DNA from: Candidatus Zixiibacteriota bacterium
Lineage (GTDB): Bacteria; Zixibacteria; MSB-5A5; GN15; FEB-12
Direction: 5' to 3'
DNA length: 60,779 bases
Assembly (NCBI GenBank): GCA_041742355.1
Contig: JBGSIV010000121.1
Location: 1-60,779, forward strand
In this document: positions 53,434-60,779 of the stretch, one piece after another
Position numbering within the stretch: the first letter of the stretch is position 1
How the letters are laid out: each line of letters begins with the position of its first letter
The notes under the pieces: model-generated
Databases searched by the model: none
The model's input: the letters and a program-made list of their open reading frames with translations, nothing else
Told to the model about the DNA's origin: nothing
Program-made: the position numbers and the translations under genes

Positions 53434-54699
53434 TCACGGATACACCACCGTCACCCCGCGATTGCGCAACGTCCACACCTGAATATCGATCGCTGTCTGC
53501 GACAGCGGATTCCCCTCCAGATACACGACATCACCGGAGTCAATCCCCGGATTGTTCACCAGCGGCATAATATCCGAGATCTGGTTATTGGTCAGTCGCA
53601 ACTCGCGGAGCCCGGTCATCCAGCCCAGCCCGGCTATGGTCGTGATCTGGTTCTGCATCAGGTTAAGCGACTCCACCATGTACAGCGACCGGAGAGAATC
53701 CGCGTTGGTGATATGATTGAACGCCAGTCCCACCCGCTGCGGACGTTTCAAGTGCGCCATGAAACTGATATCCGCGAGATCCATCTCGTCAAATCCGACT
53801 TCGCTGAGAAAATACAGCCCGTAAAGCGGGGAGAAGTCCGTCACATCCGTACGCCACAAAATCAACTGCTGCAGCGAATCGACCGCCGCCAGCGGACTGA
53901 TATCCGTCACCGGATTATCTCCCACCTGTACCTGATGGAGTCGCTTCATGCCCGCCAGCGGGCCAAGATCGCTGATCTGGTTCCCGTTCATGTACAAGTC
54001 CGCAAGTTGCTCCAAATCGGCCAGCGGCGCCAGGCTGACCACGTTGTTTCCCGGAAGATTCAGCATGTGCAGCGAGATGCAGCGATTCAACCCGCTCAGG
54101 TCCGCGATCCCCGCGTGTGGCGCGGACAACTCCGTGATCGTATCGACGTCCGAAGAGAGCAGGTCCCCGTTTGGCTTGCCCAGATGTTCCCGCACGATCC
54201 GTTCGAGAACCGTGTCCGCAAATTCCACCTTCTGCAGCGCCGCGCAATGCGCCGACACACAGTTCGACACGGCGCTCCAGTTGCCGTGGTCATCCTCGGC
54301 CTTGAGCGCGAAATAGTAGTGGCCGTCCGGCTCACAGCCACGCACCACCCAGACCTGGACCTGCCCCTCTCCCAGCGGATCCGGCACCTCGGCAATCTGC
54401 TGTGCGGCTGCGAAATTCTGCGCCGTGAGGCTGTCGGACGAAATGCGCAGGTCATAGGCCACTATCGGCCCGCCGGTGCTGTCGTCGCGACGATCCTGCG
54501 GCGTCTGCCATTGCAGCGTGACTGTCTCGGAGGTTGCTCCCAGAACCACCAGGTTAGTCACCGTCGTTGGCGGCGTGGTGTCGGTTTCCTCGTCATCAAC
54601 ATCGGTGGACTTGGAGCAGGCCGGCCCAAGAAGCGCAATCGCCACCGCCAGAGTGAGCCCGGCGACGGCACGAAGATCCCTGATGAGTTTGTTACCCAT
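53434..54699 (-). CDS. Exported FN3 + leucine-rich-repeat (internalin-like) protein
   Basis: Signal peptide with Cys (LAVAIALLGPAC). An FN3-like segment (PPTTVTNLVVLGATSETVTLQWQTP), then about 10 LRR units of ~22 aa (L..L.L..N.I.D...L..L). Confidence 0.8.
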   Translation of the reverse strand: MGNKLIRDLRAVAGLTLAVAIALLGPACSKSTDVDDEETDTTPPTTVTNLVVLGATSETVTLQWQTPQDRRDDSTGGPIVAYDLRISSDSLTAQNFAAAQQIAEVPDPLGEGQVQVWVVRGCEPDGHYYFALKAEDDHGNWSAVSNCVSAHCAALQKVEFADTVLERIVREHLGKPNGDLLSSDVDTITELSAPHAGIADLSGLNRCISLHMLNLPGNNVVSLAPLADLEQLADLYMNGNQISDLGPLAGMKRLHQVQVGDNPVTDISPLAAVDSLQQLILWRTDVTDFSPLYGLYFLSEVGFDEMDLADISFMAHLKRPQRVGLAFNHITNADSLRSLYMVESLNLMQNQITTIAGLGWMTGLRELRLTNNQISDIMPLVNNPGIDSGDVVYLEGNPLSQTAIDIQVWTLRNRGVTVVYP

Positions 54700-54870
54700 G
54701 TTTCCCTGCCGTATCAGAGGTTGTAGAGCCCCCTATCCATTTAACATAGCATAGCCCCAAACCGTTGTCAACTGCCCACTGCCGTCAACCGCCCGCCTCC
54801 ATGCTCGGCGGCACTCCGCCGAACTTACTCGGTGCTTTCAAACTCGGGCAGGGTTTGCTATACTACCGCA

Positions 54871-55386
54871 ATGGACTTTGTCTCCCACTCCCTCTGGGGC
54901 GGACTCGCGTTCGGGCGCGAAACGAAACGGGCCTTTCTCCTGGCTGCTGTTATCTCAATCACGCCCGACCTTCTCACCGAGGGCCTCTTCGGAGCGCTCT
55001 ATCTGCTCGGCATCGGCGGCATGCCCGGCTGGGAACACGGTCACCCCAACATAACCGACTACCCCGCCTTCGCCCAGACACTCTACAACGCCACCCACAG
55101 CTTTATCCCCTTTGCCGGCATCTTCGGACTGACCTGGCTCCTGTCGCGAAAGCCCGTTTGGATCCTCGCTGCCTGGGGATTACACATCGCCATCGATATC
55201 CCTACCCACTCCCTCGCGCTGTTCCCCACGCCGTTTCTCTGGCCGTTGTCGAGTTTCAAGGTCGACGGCATCGGATGGGACAACCCGGTCGTGATTGCGC
55301 TCAATGTCATCATGCTTCTGACCGCGGGCTGCCTCTGGTACTTCGGTCGTCGCAGCAATAAAGCTCGCGCCGCCGACTGCGAATAG
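54871..55386 (+). CDS. Membrane protein, possibly YdjM/DUF457-type metal-dependent hydrolase
   Basis: From the ATG at 54871: MDFVSHSLWGGLAF.. with 4-5 TM helices and conserved His residues (HSL, HGHP, HIAIDIPTH). Weak family call. Confidence 0.5.
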   Translation: MDFVSHSLWGGLAFGRETKRAFLLAAVISITPDLLTEGLFGALYLLGIGGMPGWEHGHPNITDYPAFAQTLYNATHSFIPFAGIFGLTWLLSRKPVWILAAWGLHIAIDIPTHSLALFPTPFLWPLSSFKVDGIGWDNPVVIALNVIMLLTAGCLWYFGRRSNKARAADCE

Positions 55387-55506
55387 AACTGCCTGCCAAA
55401 ACAAACGGGCAGGCCTTTTCAGCCTGCCCGCTCATCAACACTCTATCTCCGGCGCAATACTGCTGAGTCGCTGAGTACCCCACAGCTTGCTGCGGGATCC
55501 CCGACT

Positions 55507-56559
55507 CTACTTCACCAGCAGCATCTTCTTCGTCGCTTCGTAATCCCCCGCCCGGAATCTATAGAGGTAGACGCCGGTCGACACCGTCCGCCCCGTTTCG
55601 TCCATTCCATCCCACTCGACCTGGTACGTCCCGGCCGCTTTCACTTCATTCACCAGCGTTTGGACCCGCTGTCCGGCGACATTGAACACCTCGATCGTCA
55701 CGGTCGACCGCGAGGGCAGGCCGTACTCGATCGCTGTCGACGGATTGAACGGGTTGGGGAAGTTCTGATGCAGGTCGAACCCGAACGGGAGCGCCGCGCT
55801 TTCGTCGTCGCCAACCCCCATCGGTTCATCCCGCACACAGCGGACCGACCCGGCGTAATCCAGCGCATAGCCGCCCCGCCCGACCGAGGTCAGGTTGCAG
55901 GAGATGTCCCGCGCCCAAGCATACCCCGGAGTGGTTCTCTCCGTCGCCGTCCAGAAGAAAGCCGACATGCCGAATTCTGTGAAAAGCGGTCGGTTATCGA
56001 GGACTCCACCCGGTATCGCCGCAAAGCCGAATTCGTCCGTGGCGCCCTCATTGGGGCAGGCCCAGTGAATGGAGCCGACTTCTTTCAGTCTGGCGCCGAT
56101 CAGGTAACCCCCGCGATTTCCCATGCCGTCGACCACTTCGATCGGCATTCCCAGGAACACTTCCAGCACCTTCCAATCGTCGTCGGTCGACACATGCCAT
56201 CCCTCCGGCGCGATGCCCCGCGGATCGACCGTAGCGTGCCAGTTGTACATCAAGCCGTAAGTTGCCACATTGTTCGTATCCGCTTCAGGGGCGCAGCACT
56301 GGCCGACCGTGACTCCCGTCCAGTTGGCGCTGTCGGGCACGAAATACGGGATCGGGTCGCCGTTGTTGTAGTGACCGACTTTCAGGTTCTCCGCCATCCA
56401 GACCTGCGTGCCGATCACGACTGTCTGGTAGGTGTGGCCGTCGATATCGGTGACTGTGCCGGCGGGTGCGGACGCCGCGATCATCATAATGAGGGCAGCG
56501 GGTAGGGCGATAGTGAGGACAAGGTGCTTCATGGTGTCTCTCCGGGGTTGCGTGGACAT
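55507..56559 (-). CDS. FISUMP-domain protein with T9SS C-terminal sorting domain
   Basis: TDIDGHTYQTVVIGTQVWMAENLKV..YGLMYNWHA..IAPEGWHVSTDDDW..FGFAAIPGG..FWTATE..SVRCVRD is the Fibrobacter succinogenes major paralogous domain pattern. C-terminus NFPNPFNPSTAIEYGLP..VTIEVFNVAGQRV..GVYLYRFRAGDYEATKKMLLVK is a T9SS type A CTD. Confidence 0.8.
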   Translation of the reverse strand: MSTQPRRDTMKHLVLTIALPAALIMMIAASAPAGTVTDIDGHTYQTVVIGTQVWMAENLKVGHYNNGDPIPYFVPDSANWTGVTVGQCCAPEADTNNVATYGLMYNWHATVDPRGIAPEGWHVSTDDDWKVLEVFLGMPIEVVDGMGNRGGYLIGARLKEVGSIHWACPNEGATDEFGFAAIPGGVLDNRPLFTEFGMSAFFWTATERTTPGYAWARDISCNLTSVGRGGYALDYAGSVRCVRDEPMGVGDDESAALPFGFDLHQNFPNPFNPSTAIEYGLPSRSTVTIEVFNVAGQRVQTLVNEVKAAGTYQVEWDGMDETGRTVSTGVYLYRFRAGDYEATKKMLLVK

Positions 56560-56675
56560 TACCGTTGTATAATTGCGGAATAATGTACCGGGTCACCCGT
56601 GTTGAACAACAAGTATTTTGCGGGTATGCGACCCCCGACCCCGCATGCTGGACTCCAAGCCAATGCCTGGGCAGA

Positions 56676-56860
56676 GTCATTGCGAGGAGCGAAGCGACGA
56701 AGCAATCTCTCTTCTTGTAGGGCAGGATCCCCCAGGATCCTGCCATTGACCTGCACCTGACGCTTGGACACTGTCATCCCTGCGAAAGGGCATGTTGAAA
56801 AACCCCGAGCGCGGCTGTTGGCAGTCATTGCGAGGAGCGAAGCGACGAAGCAATCTCTCT
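56676..56860. repeat. Hairpin repeat cluster
   Basis: Two copies of GTCATTGCGAGGAGCGAAGCGACGAAGCAATCTCTC, plus GGCAGGATCCCCCAGGATCCTGCC and GTCATCCCTGCGAAAGGGCATG. Confidence 0.85.
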
Positions 56861-56914
56861 TCGTGCCAGTGTCTTGGCCAGAGGAGATGACCCTCCCCCC
56901 AAAAAGTGGACCGG

Positions 56915-57802
56915 TTATGAAGCGAGGGTCAACTGGTTTTCCTGTCGTTCATAGGTTCGTTCATAGGCGGCCGGAGACACGCCGTCCAGGCTGGTGTGCC
57001 GCCGCCAGTTGTTGTAAAAGGCCTCGATATACTCAAAGAGCTTGGCCCGCGCTTCCGCTTTCGTGGCAAACCGCTCGTGGTAGACCAGCTCCCGTTTCAA
57101 GCTGCCAAAGAATGACTCCATCGGCGCATTGTCCCAGCAGTCTCCCTTCCGGCTCATGCTCCCCACCATCTGCCAGTCCCCGAGCAGCTGCTGGTAGTCC
57201 CCGCAGGCGTACTGCCCCCCCCGATCGCTGTGGTGCACCAGCCCCGGCGGGGGCTGCCTTCGTCCCACCGCCTGCCTGAGGGCAGACTTCGCCAACTCAC
57301 CGTCGATCGTTTCGCTGGTCGCCCAGCCGACGATCTTGCGCGAGTACACATCCAATACTGCCGCCAGGTACAGCCACCCCTCAGTTGTCCACACGTAGGT
57401 GATGTCGCTCAGCCACACCTGATTCGGCTGCCGGGCGGTAAAGTCCCGGTTGACCACATTCGGCGCGACCGCATGCGTATGCTTTGAGTCCGTCGTCACT
57501 TTGAACTTCCTGACCGTCTTGGGCCGTAGCCCTTCCTGCCGCATCAAGCGGGCTATGCGCTTCTCGTTGCAGCGCTCCCCTGAAGCCTGCAAGGCCTGGG
57601 TCATCCGGGGTGACCCGTACGTCCGCCGACTCTGCTCGTGGAGCACCCGCAGCTGCACCACCAGCCGCTCGTTGGCGCGCTCCCGCTCACTCGGTGGCCG
57701 GTCCCGCCACGCGTAGTAGCCGCTGCGGGGCACGTCCAGGACCGCACACAGAGCCCGCACCGGAGATGCCGACGCCTGCTCCCGAATCACCTGGTATCTC
57801 AT
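56915..57802 (-). CDS. IS3-family transposase OrfB (DDE/rve integrase core)
   Basis: 295 aa. QPNQVWLSDITYV (first D), HSDRGGQY (second D), DNAPMESFFGSLKRE (E). In the -1 frame relative to orfA. Confidence 0.9.
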   Translation of the reverse strand: MRYQVIREQASASPVRALCAVLDVPRSGYYAWRDRPPSERERANERLVVQLRVLHEQSRRTYGSPRMTQALQASGERCNEKRIARLMRQEGLRPKTVRKFKVTTDSKHTHAVAPNVVNRDFTARQPNQVWLSDITYVWTTEGWLYLAAVLDVYSRKIVGWATSETIDGELAKSALRQAVGRRQPPPGLVHHSDRGGQYACGDYQQLLGDWQMVGSMSRKGDCWDNAPMESFFGSLKRELVYHERFATKAEARAKLFEYIEAFYNNWRRHTSLDGVSPAAYERTYERQENQLTLAS

Positions 57803-58095
57803 GACTCGCTCCGGCTGAAGTAGGCCAAGGCTTTTTTTAATATGTCCCGCTCCTGCGTCACCCGGGACAGCTCCCGCCGCAAGCGCTTAAGCTCCGCTTC
57901 TGCGGTCTCCCCCGAAGGCTGGGTGTCCAACGCCGGTGTCTGCTTCTGCCGCCACCGCCACAGGACCGACTCGTTGAGTCCCAGATCCCGGGCGACTCCC
58001 GCCACCGTCCGCCCCGGCTGGTACGTCAACCGCACCGCCTCCGCTTTGAACTCGGCGTCATACTTCCGCCGTGATTGCCGCTGTTCTTTGGCCAC
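57799..58095 (-). CDS. IS3-family transposase OrfA (HTH)
   Basis: MAKEQRQSRRKYDAEFKAEAVRL..GRTVAGVARDLGLNESVLWRWR plus a leucine-zipper-like tail. ATGA overlap with orfB. Confidence 0.9.
   Translation of the reverse strand: MAKEQRQSRRKYDAEFKAEAVRLTYQPGRTVAGVARDLGLNESVLWRWRQKQTPALDTQPSGETAEAELKRLRRELSRVTQERDILKKALAYFSRSES
57832..57838 (-). other. Programmed -1 ribosomal frameshift site (A AAA AAA) producing OrfAB
   Basis: orfA reads ..UUA AAA AAA GCC.. in frame 0. After a -1 slip the frame reads KKSLGLLQPERV-MRYQVIRE with no stop, joining the orfB frame. Confidence 0.75.
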
Positions 58096-58163
58096 TGCTA
58101 CACCTCCTGAAGACCAATATAACCTCGCTTCAAAAAGTGTCCACTCAATTGGGGGAGGCTCAA

Positions 58164-58191
58164 GAGATTGCTTCGCTGCGCTCGCAATGAC
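58164..58191. repeat. Hairpin repeat abutting the IS right end
   Basis: GAGATTGCTTCGCTGCGCTCGCAATGAC, the same unit as at 28600-28627 and 28838-28865. Confidence 0.85.
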
Positions 58192-58244
58192 TATTCAAGG
58201 ACCTTTTCAATAGGCCCGAAAGCAGGGATCCAGTCCCTCCCCTC

Positions 58245-58586
58245 TCACCCCCGCTCGAAATGCGGCAACTCATCCGGAATCGGAATCGATATCTCCACAT
58301 ACCCCCGAAACTCCCCGTTATCGAAAAGCGGAATCTGATGAATAATCTTCTTCTGACCGTTCTTGCGAATCGTGTAGTGGTTCGCCTGCTGTGTCCGGAA
58401 CATCTCCGCCAGCCGCGACCGCGACGGCTCCGGGTGGCACGCCAGCACATCGCTGCCGATCAGATCCGCCCCGCCGTCGGCGGCAAACGTCGCGATCGAT
58501 TTCGGATTCATGGCGGTGATTGTTCCCTGCGCGTCGGTGACCGTGATCGCGATCCCCACGTAGTCAGTCCAGTTGTCGTTCGGCAT
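58245..58586 (-). CDS. Stand-alone PAS-domain protein (PAS_10-like, CHP motif)
   Basis: 113 aa. ..GIAITVTDAQGTITAMNPKS..IGSDVLACHPEPSRSRL..IIHQIPLFDNGEFRGYVEISIPI resembles the DUF438-associated PAS fold with a conserved CHP. Assignment from memory. Confidence 0.55.
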   Translation of the reverse strand: MPNDNWTDYVGIAITVTDAQGTITAMNPKSIATFAADGGADLIGSDVLACHPEPSRSRLAEMFRTQQANHYTIRKNGQKKIIHQIPLFDNGEFRGYVEISIPIPDELPHFERG

Positions 58587-58914
58587 TGCCTTGCTCCTGT
58601 CTGAGCCTGTTTTTGCGGGGAATATACGCCGACGGACTGAAGAGGCGCAAAGGTAAATGAAAGTAGGGCGGGAGTCCCCAGGCTTCCGCCACTCGAGAAC
58701 TCCTGGTGCCCCAACGCTTGCGTTGGGGAAAGATTCAGCAATCGGGTTTATCCATCACTGTCGGTACGTCCGATCGCCAAACATACCGGAACTGCCTCCT
58801 GACCATCGTTTGTTGAAACGCCTGGGTTTCCAAACAAGGTATTGAGAGTCTATTCCCACCGCTCATAACAGGCTTCCCCGCTTCCGTTCCGCGTATTTCC
58901 CTTCTCGCGTAGAC

Positions 58915-59391
58915 CTATCCTTCGTACGAGTCAGCATCGAGAATCTGGTCAAGAGACAGAATAGTGAGACCCATCGCGAGATTCATGTATTTTACGATCG
59001 TCGAAACTTCCCAATATCCCGCAGAAACCAACACTATTTGTCCAACGAAGATCGCAGAAAAAGAAATGGCAATAACATTGCGGATCTGATCTTTTTCAAG
59101 GTCCGAGAAGCGCTTGATCGAGGCAACACCAATGACAAGTGGTATGAAGAACGCCACTGTAAGGCACATTTTCCAAACGTTGCTCCAACTCCAGAGATCC
59201 ACAAAATCCAAGGGGAATATGAGACTCCCCTTGGACATACAGTATTCGTTTATGGCAGTGTCTATTGCGACCACAGAGTCAACGCCTATCCAAACCAGGA
59301 AATCAAGAATAATGGAGGCAAAGAATACGATACTACAAATGCCTATCACTGCGGCCCAGATTCCCAATAGAATGGGTACAAGCTTCTTCAT
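58915..59391 (-). CDS. Hypothetical 4-TM membrane protein in an AT-rich patch
   Basis: The ATG at 59391 (MKKLVPILLGIWAAVIG) is preceded by GGAAGGGAG. Four hydrophobic helices and no recognisable motif. One 60-nt line inside it counts 23 G+C. Confidence 0.5.
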   Translation of the reverse strand: MKKLVPILLGIWAAVIGICSIVFFASIILDFLVWIGVDSVVAIDTAINEYCMSKGSLIFPLDFVDLWSWSNVWKMCLTVAFFIPLVIGVASIKRFSDLEKDQIRNVIAISFSAIFVGQIVLVSAGYWEVSTIVKYMNLAMGLTILSLDQILDADSYEG

Positions 59392-59745
59392 GTTACTCCC
59401 TTCCGACATGTTCCCTTAGCTTCTCTAACCAGTGAAGTAGGCTTGCGACATCCCGAGTATGGGCCTCAGGTATTTGGCGCGAATCATCGTCTATAACCCT
59501 CGTCGCCGCCTGCTTCCCTGATCATATATTTGTCCCCTTCTTAATTGAAATGCAAAGTAGTCCGGCAAATCAACCAGCATTTGTGTTGGTTAGAACCTAG
59601 TTCAGCCGCGTAGGTCAGAACCATCGCGGTTCTGATCCCCTCAAGGTCGCGCTTCGCGACCTATCCTCCCCTGCAAAATCGTCAGCAAACTGATGGAGAT
59701 TGCCCCATGGTCCACAGTAAGTATAAGACAGAGTGTACGGCAGCT

Positions 59746-59859
59746 TAGAGACAACGTGTCGGCAATTGGACCGGCAGCGTATCGGCCAAAGGAAAGGCAG
59801 CCTGTCGGCAAGAGGAAAGGCAACATGTTAGCATGAGGAGAGGCAGGGCAAATGTGCGG
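59746..59859. repeat. Head-to-tail array of 23-bp units (iteron-like), counterpart of 5352-5485
   Basis: GGACCGGCAGCGTATCGGCCAAA (59768-59790), GGAAAGGCAGCCTGTCGGCAAGA (59791-59813), GGAAAGGCAACATGTTAGCATGA (59814-59836), GGAGAGGCAGGGCAAATGTGCGG (59837-59859), plus one degenerate unit upstream. Confidence 0.85.
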
Positions 59860-60138
59860 CCAGAGTCACCTACGAGTCACCCCGACTTCTTTGCTGTCAC
59901 CCCGGCTCCCGTCCGTCACCCCGGCTTGTTTTCAGTCACCCCGGCGGAGAGCCTGCCCCGGACTCGATCCGGGGCCGGGGCCCAGTCACGCCCAGGACAT
60001 CGGTATGCTGAGATTAACCAAAACGAACCCAACCGTAGGTCGGTGTTCCGAGGGGCGTTAGCCCCGAGAAACCCGACATGGCGGACAACCCAAATTTGCG
60101 CAAACGAACCCAATTCAGCGACTGCATTCGCGGCAGAT

Positions 60139-60219
60139 GTGGACATCTGCCGCGCACAGAGAGAAGTGGACATCTGCCGCGAACGGAGAGACGTGGACAT
60201 CTGCCACGCACGGATACGT
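60139..60219. repeat. Tandem repeat, 3 x 27 bp
   Basis: GTGGACATCTGCCGCGCACAGAGAGAA / GTGGACATCTGCCGCGAACGGAGAGAC / GTGGACATCTGCCACGCACGGATACGT. The first unit completes the palindrome GGCAGATGTGGACATCTGCC, which is also present at 4773-4792. Confidence 0.9.
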
Positions 60220-60352
60220 GTGACGGATTTCTGCGCAAACGAAGCCAATTTGTCGATGCTGCCCACCCCCTTCCGCAGGGTCTTGCGCGACCCCAAGCAG
60301 AGCGAGGAGGAGCGTGTGACCCTGCGGCACCAAAACGAACCCAATTACCGGA

Positions 60353-60779
60353 TTACTTAAGTCCCAATTTCCCCAGGATCCCCGTCGTCGACCGACCCTT
60401 CGTCAGCCGCACCCGCTTCACCACCCCGCCGCACGCCTTCACGAACGCCCCGCCCACAATCTCAGCCACCCGGTAATCGGCCCCCTTCACCAGCACATCC
60501 GGCCGCACCTCCCGTATGAGCTTTTCGGGCGTGTCCTCCCCGAATACCACCACATAATCCACCGCCCGCAGCGCCAACAGCACCGCCGCCCGGTCCGCCT
60601 GACTCTGCACCGGCCGCGCCTTCCCCTTGATCCGGCGCACCGACGCATCCGAGTTTAGCCCGACCACCAGCACATCGCCGAAGCTCCGCGCCCTGGCCAG
60701 GTACTCGACGTGTCCCCTGTGAAGGATATCGAAGACCCCGTTGGTGAAGACCACCCGCTCCCCGCGCCGCCGATGTTCC
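60353..60779 (-). CDS. hldE: D-glycero-beta-D-manno-heptose 1-phosphate adenylyltransferase domain (RfaE/HldE domain II), 5' end probably outside the window
   Basis: [87 protein letters not shown] is the cytidylyltransferase HxGH signature. The reading frame stays open to the window edge. Confidence 0.8.
   Translation of the reverse strand, partial: EHRRRGERVVFTNGVFDILHRGHVEYLARARSFGDVLVVGLNSDASVRRIKGKARPVQSQADRAAVLLALRAVDYVVVFGEDTPEKLIREVRPDVLVKGADYRVAEIVGGAFVKACGGVVKRVRLTKGRSTTGILGKLGLK

Larger units (their letters stand above)
56888..58162 (-). mobile_element. IS3-family insertion sequence (1275 bp), apparently intact
   Basis: Imperfect ~40-bp terminal inverted repeats: TGACCCTCCCCCCAAAAAGTGGAC..GAAGCGAGG (left) versus TGAGCCTCCCCCAATTGAGTGGAC..GAAGCGAGG (right, reverse complement). 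TG...CA termini. AGA directly flanks both ends (56885-56887 and 58163-58165). orfA/orfB arrangement with an A7 slippery site. Confidence 0.85.
59610..60352. repeat. Non-coding mosaic element, copy R (inverted relative to copy L)
   Basis: GTAGGTCAGAACCATCGCGGTTCTGA (from 59610), module CTGATGGAGATTGCCCC..GTAAGTATAAGACAGAGTGTACGG (59690-59740), a 23-bp array, the 30-mer GAGAGGCAGGGCAAATGTGCGGCCAGAGTC (59838-59867), GTAGGTCGGTGTTCCGAGGGGCGTTAGCCCCGAGAAACCCGAC, and four AAACGAA[C/G]CCAA[T/C] 13-mers (60021, 60102, 60237, 60333). Confidence 0.85.

Noticed and set aside
58430-58450. Sigma-54 promoter-like TGGCAC; another TGGCAC occurs at ~28345.
   Set aside because: No properly spaced TTGC element follows. 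One site is inside the PAS coding sequence and the other faces no gene.
5576-59684. The 54-kb segment between the inverted mosaics as a composite transposon, genomic island or prophage.
   Set aside because: The interior is dominated by single-copy housekeeping operons (mre/mrd/rodA, accA/B/C, pyrRBC, gcvHP, pepP). No integrase, tRNA target or conjugation genes are present, and the mosaics encode no transposase.

Overview
High-GC chromosomal segment (spot counts: 42/60 G+C in line 39001, 23/60 in line 59041). It probably comes from an uncultivated FCB-superphylum-like bacterium, because the FISUMP-domain protein ends in a T9SS-type C-terminal sorting domain and a second small secreted protein may too. 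About 50 genes, nearly all on the minus strand. Core content: mreC-mreD-mrdA-rodA; ptsN; accA; an ~11-kb envelope-glycosylation supercluster (a GT2; a Dpm1-like synthase with a YfhO-type membrane protein; an ArnC/GtrB-like GT2 with two tandem GT-C-like/TPR paralogues and a DegT aminotransferase); pyrR-pyrB-pyrC; a remodelled accC-gcvH-gcvPA-...-gcvPB operon; pepP; accB-pilT. Accessory content: a tail-fibre-like surface protein with an S74 chaperone domain at the left edge; a run of secreted repeat proteins at 47.7-56.6 kb (Kelch-like propeller with dockerin-like tail, ankyrin, TPR, FN3/LRR, FISUMP/T9SS); one apparently intact IS3-family element; an AT-rich patch at 58.7-59.6 kb. Four things the ORF track does not show. 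(1) An in-frame TGA inside a W-x-x-x-C redox motif joins two ORF pieces into an exported thioredoxin-fold/TPR selenoprotein, with a GGUC-loop hairpin downstream. (2) There is a 55-aa Trm112-like gene. (3) Every large intergenic gap is packed with REP-like hairpins, at least 20 of which share an invariant GTC...GAC stem base plus a flanking CTAC (GTAG on the other strand). (4) Two 0.7-0.9-kb non-coding mosaics at 4.6-5.6 kb and 59.7-60.35 kb are reverse-complement copies of each other, each holding an iteron-like array of 21-24-bp units, and they bracket 54 kb. I saw no rRNA, tRNA or CRISPR array. All family assignments come from motif recognition by eye and memory, not from searches.
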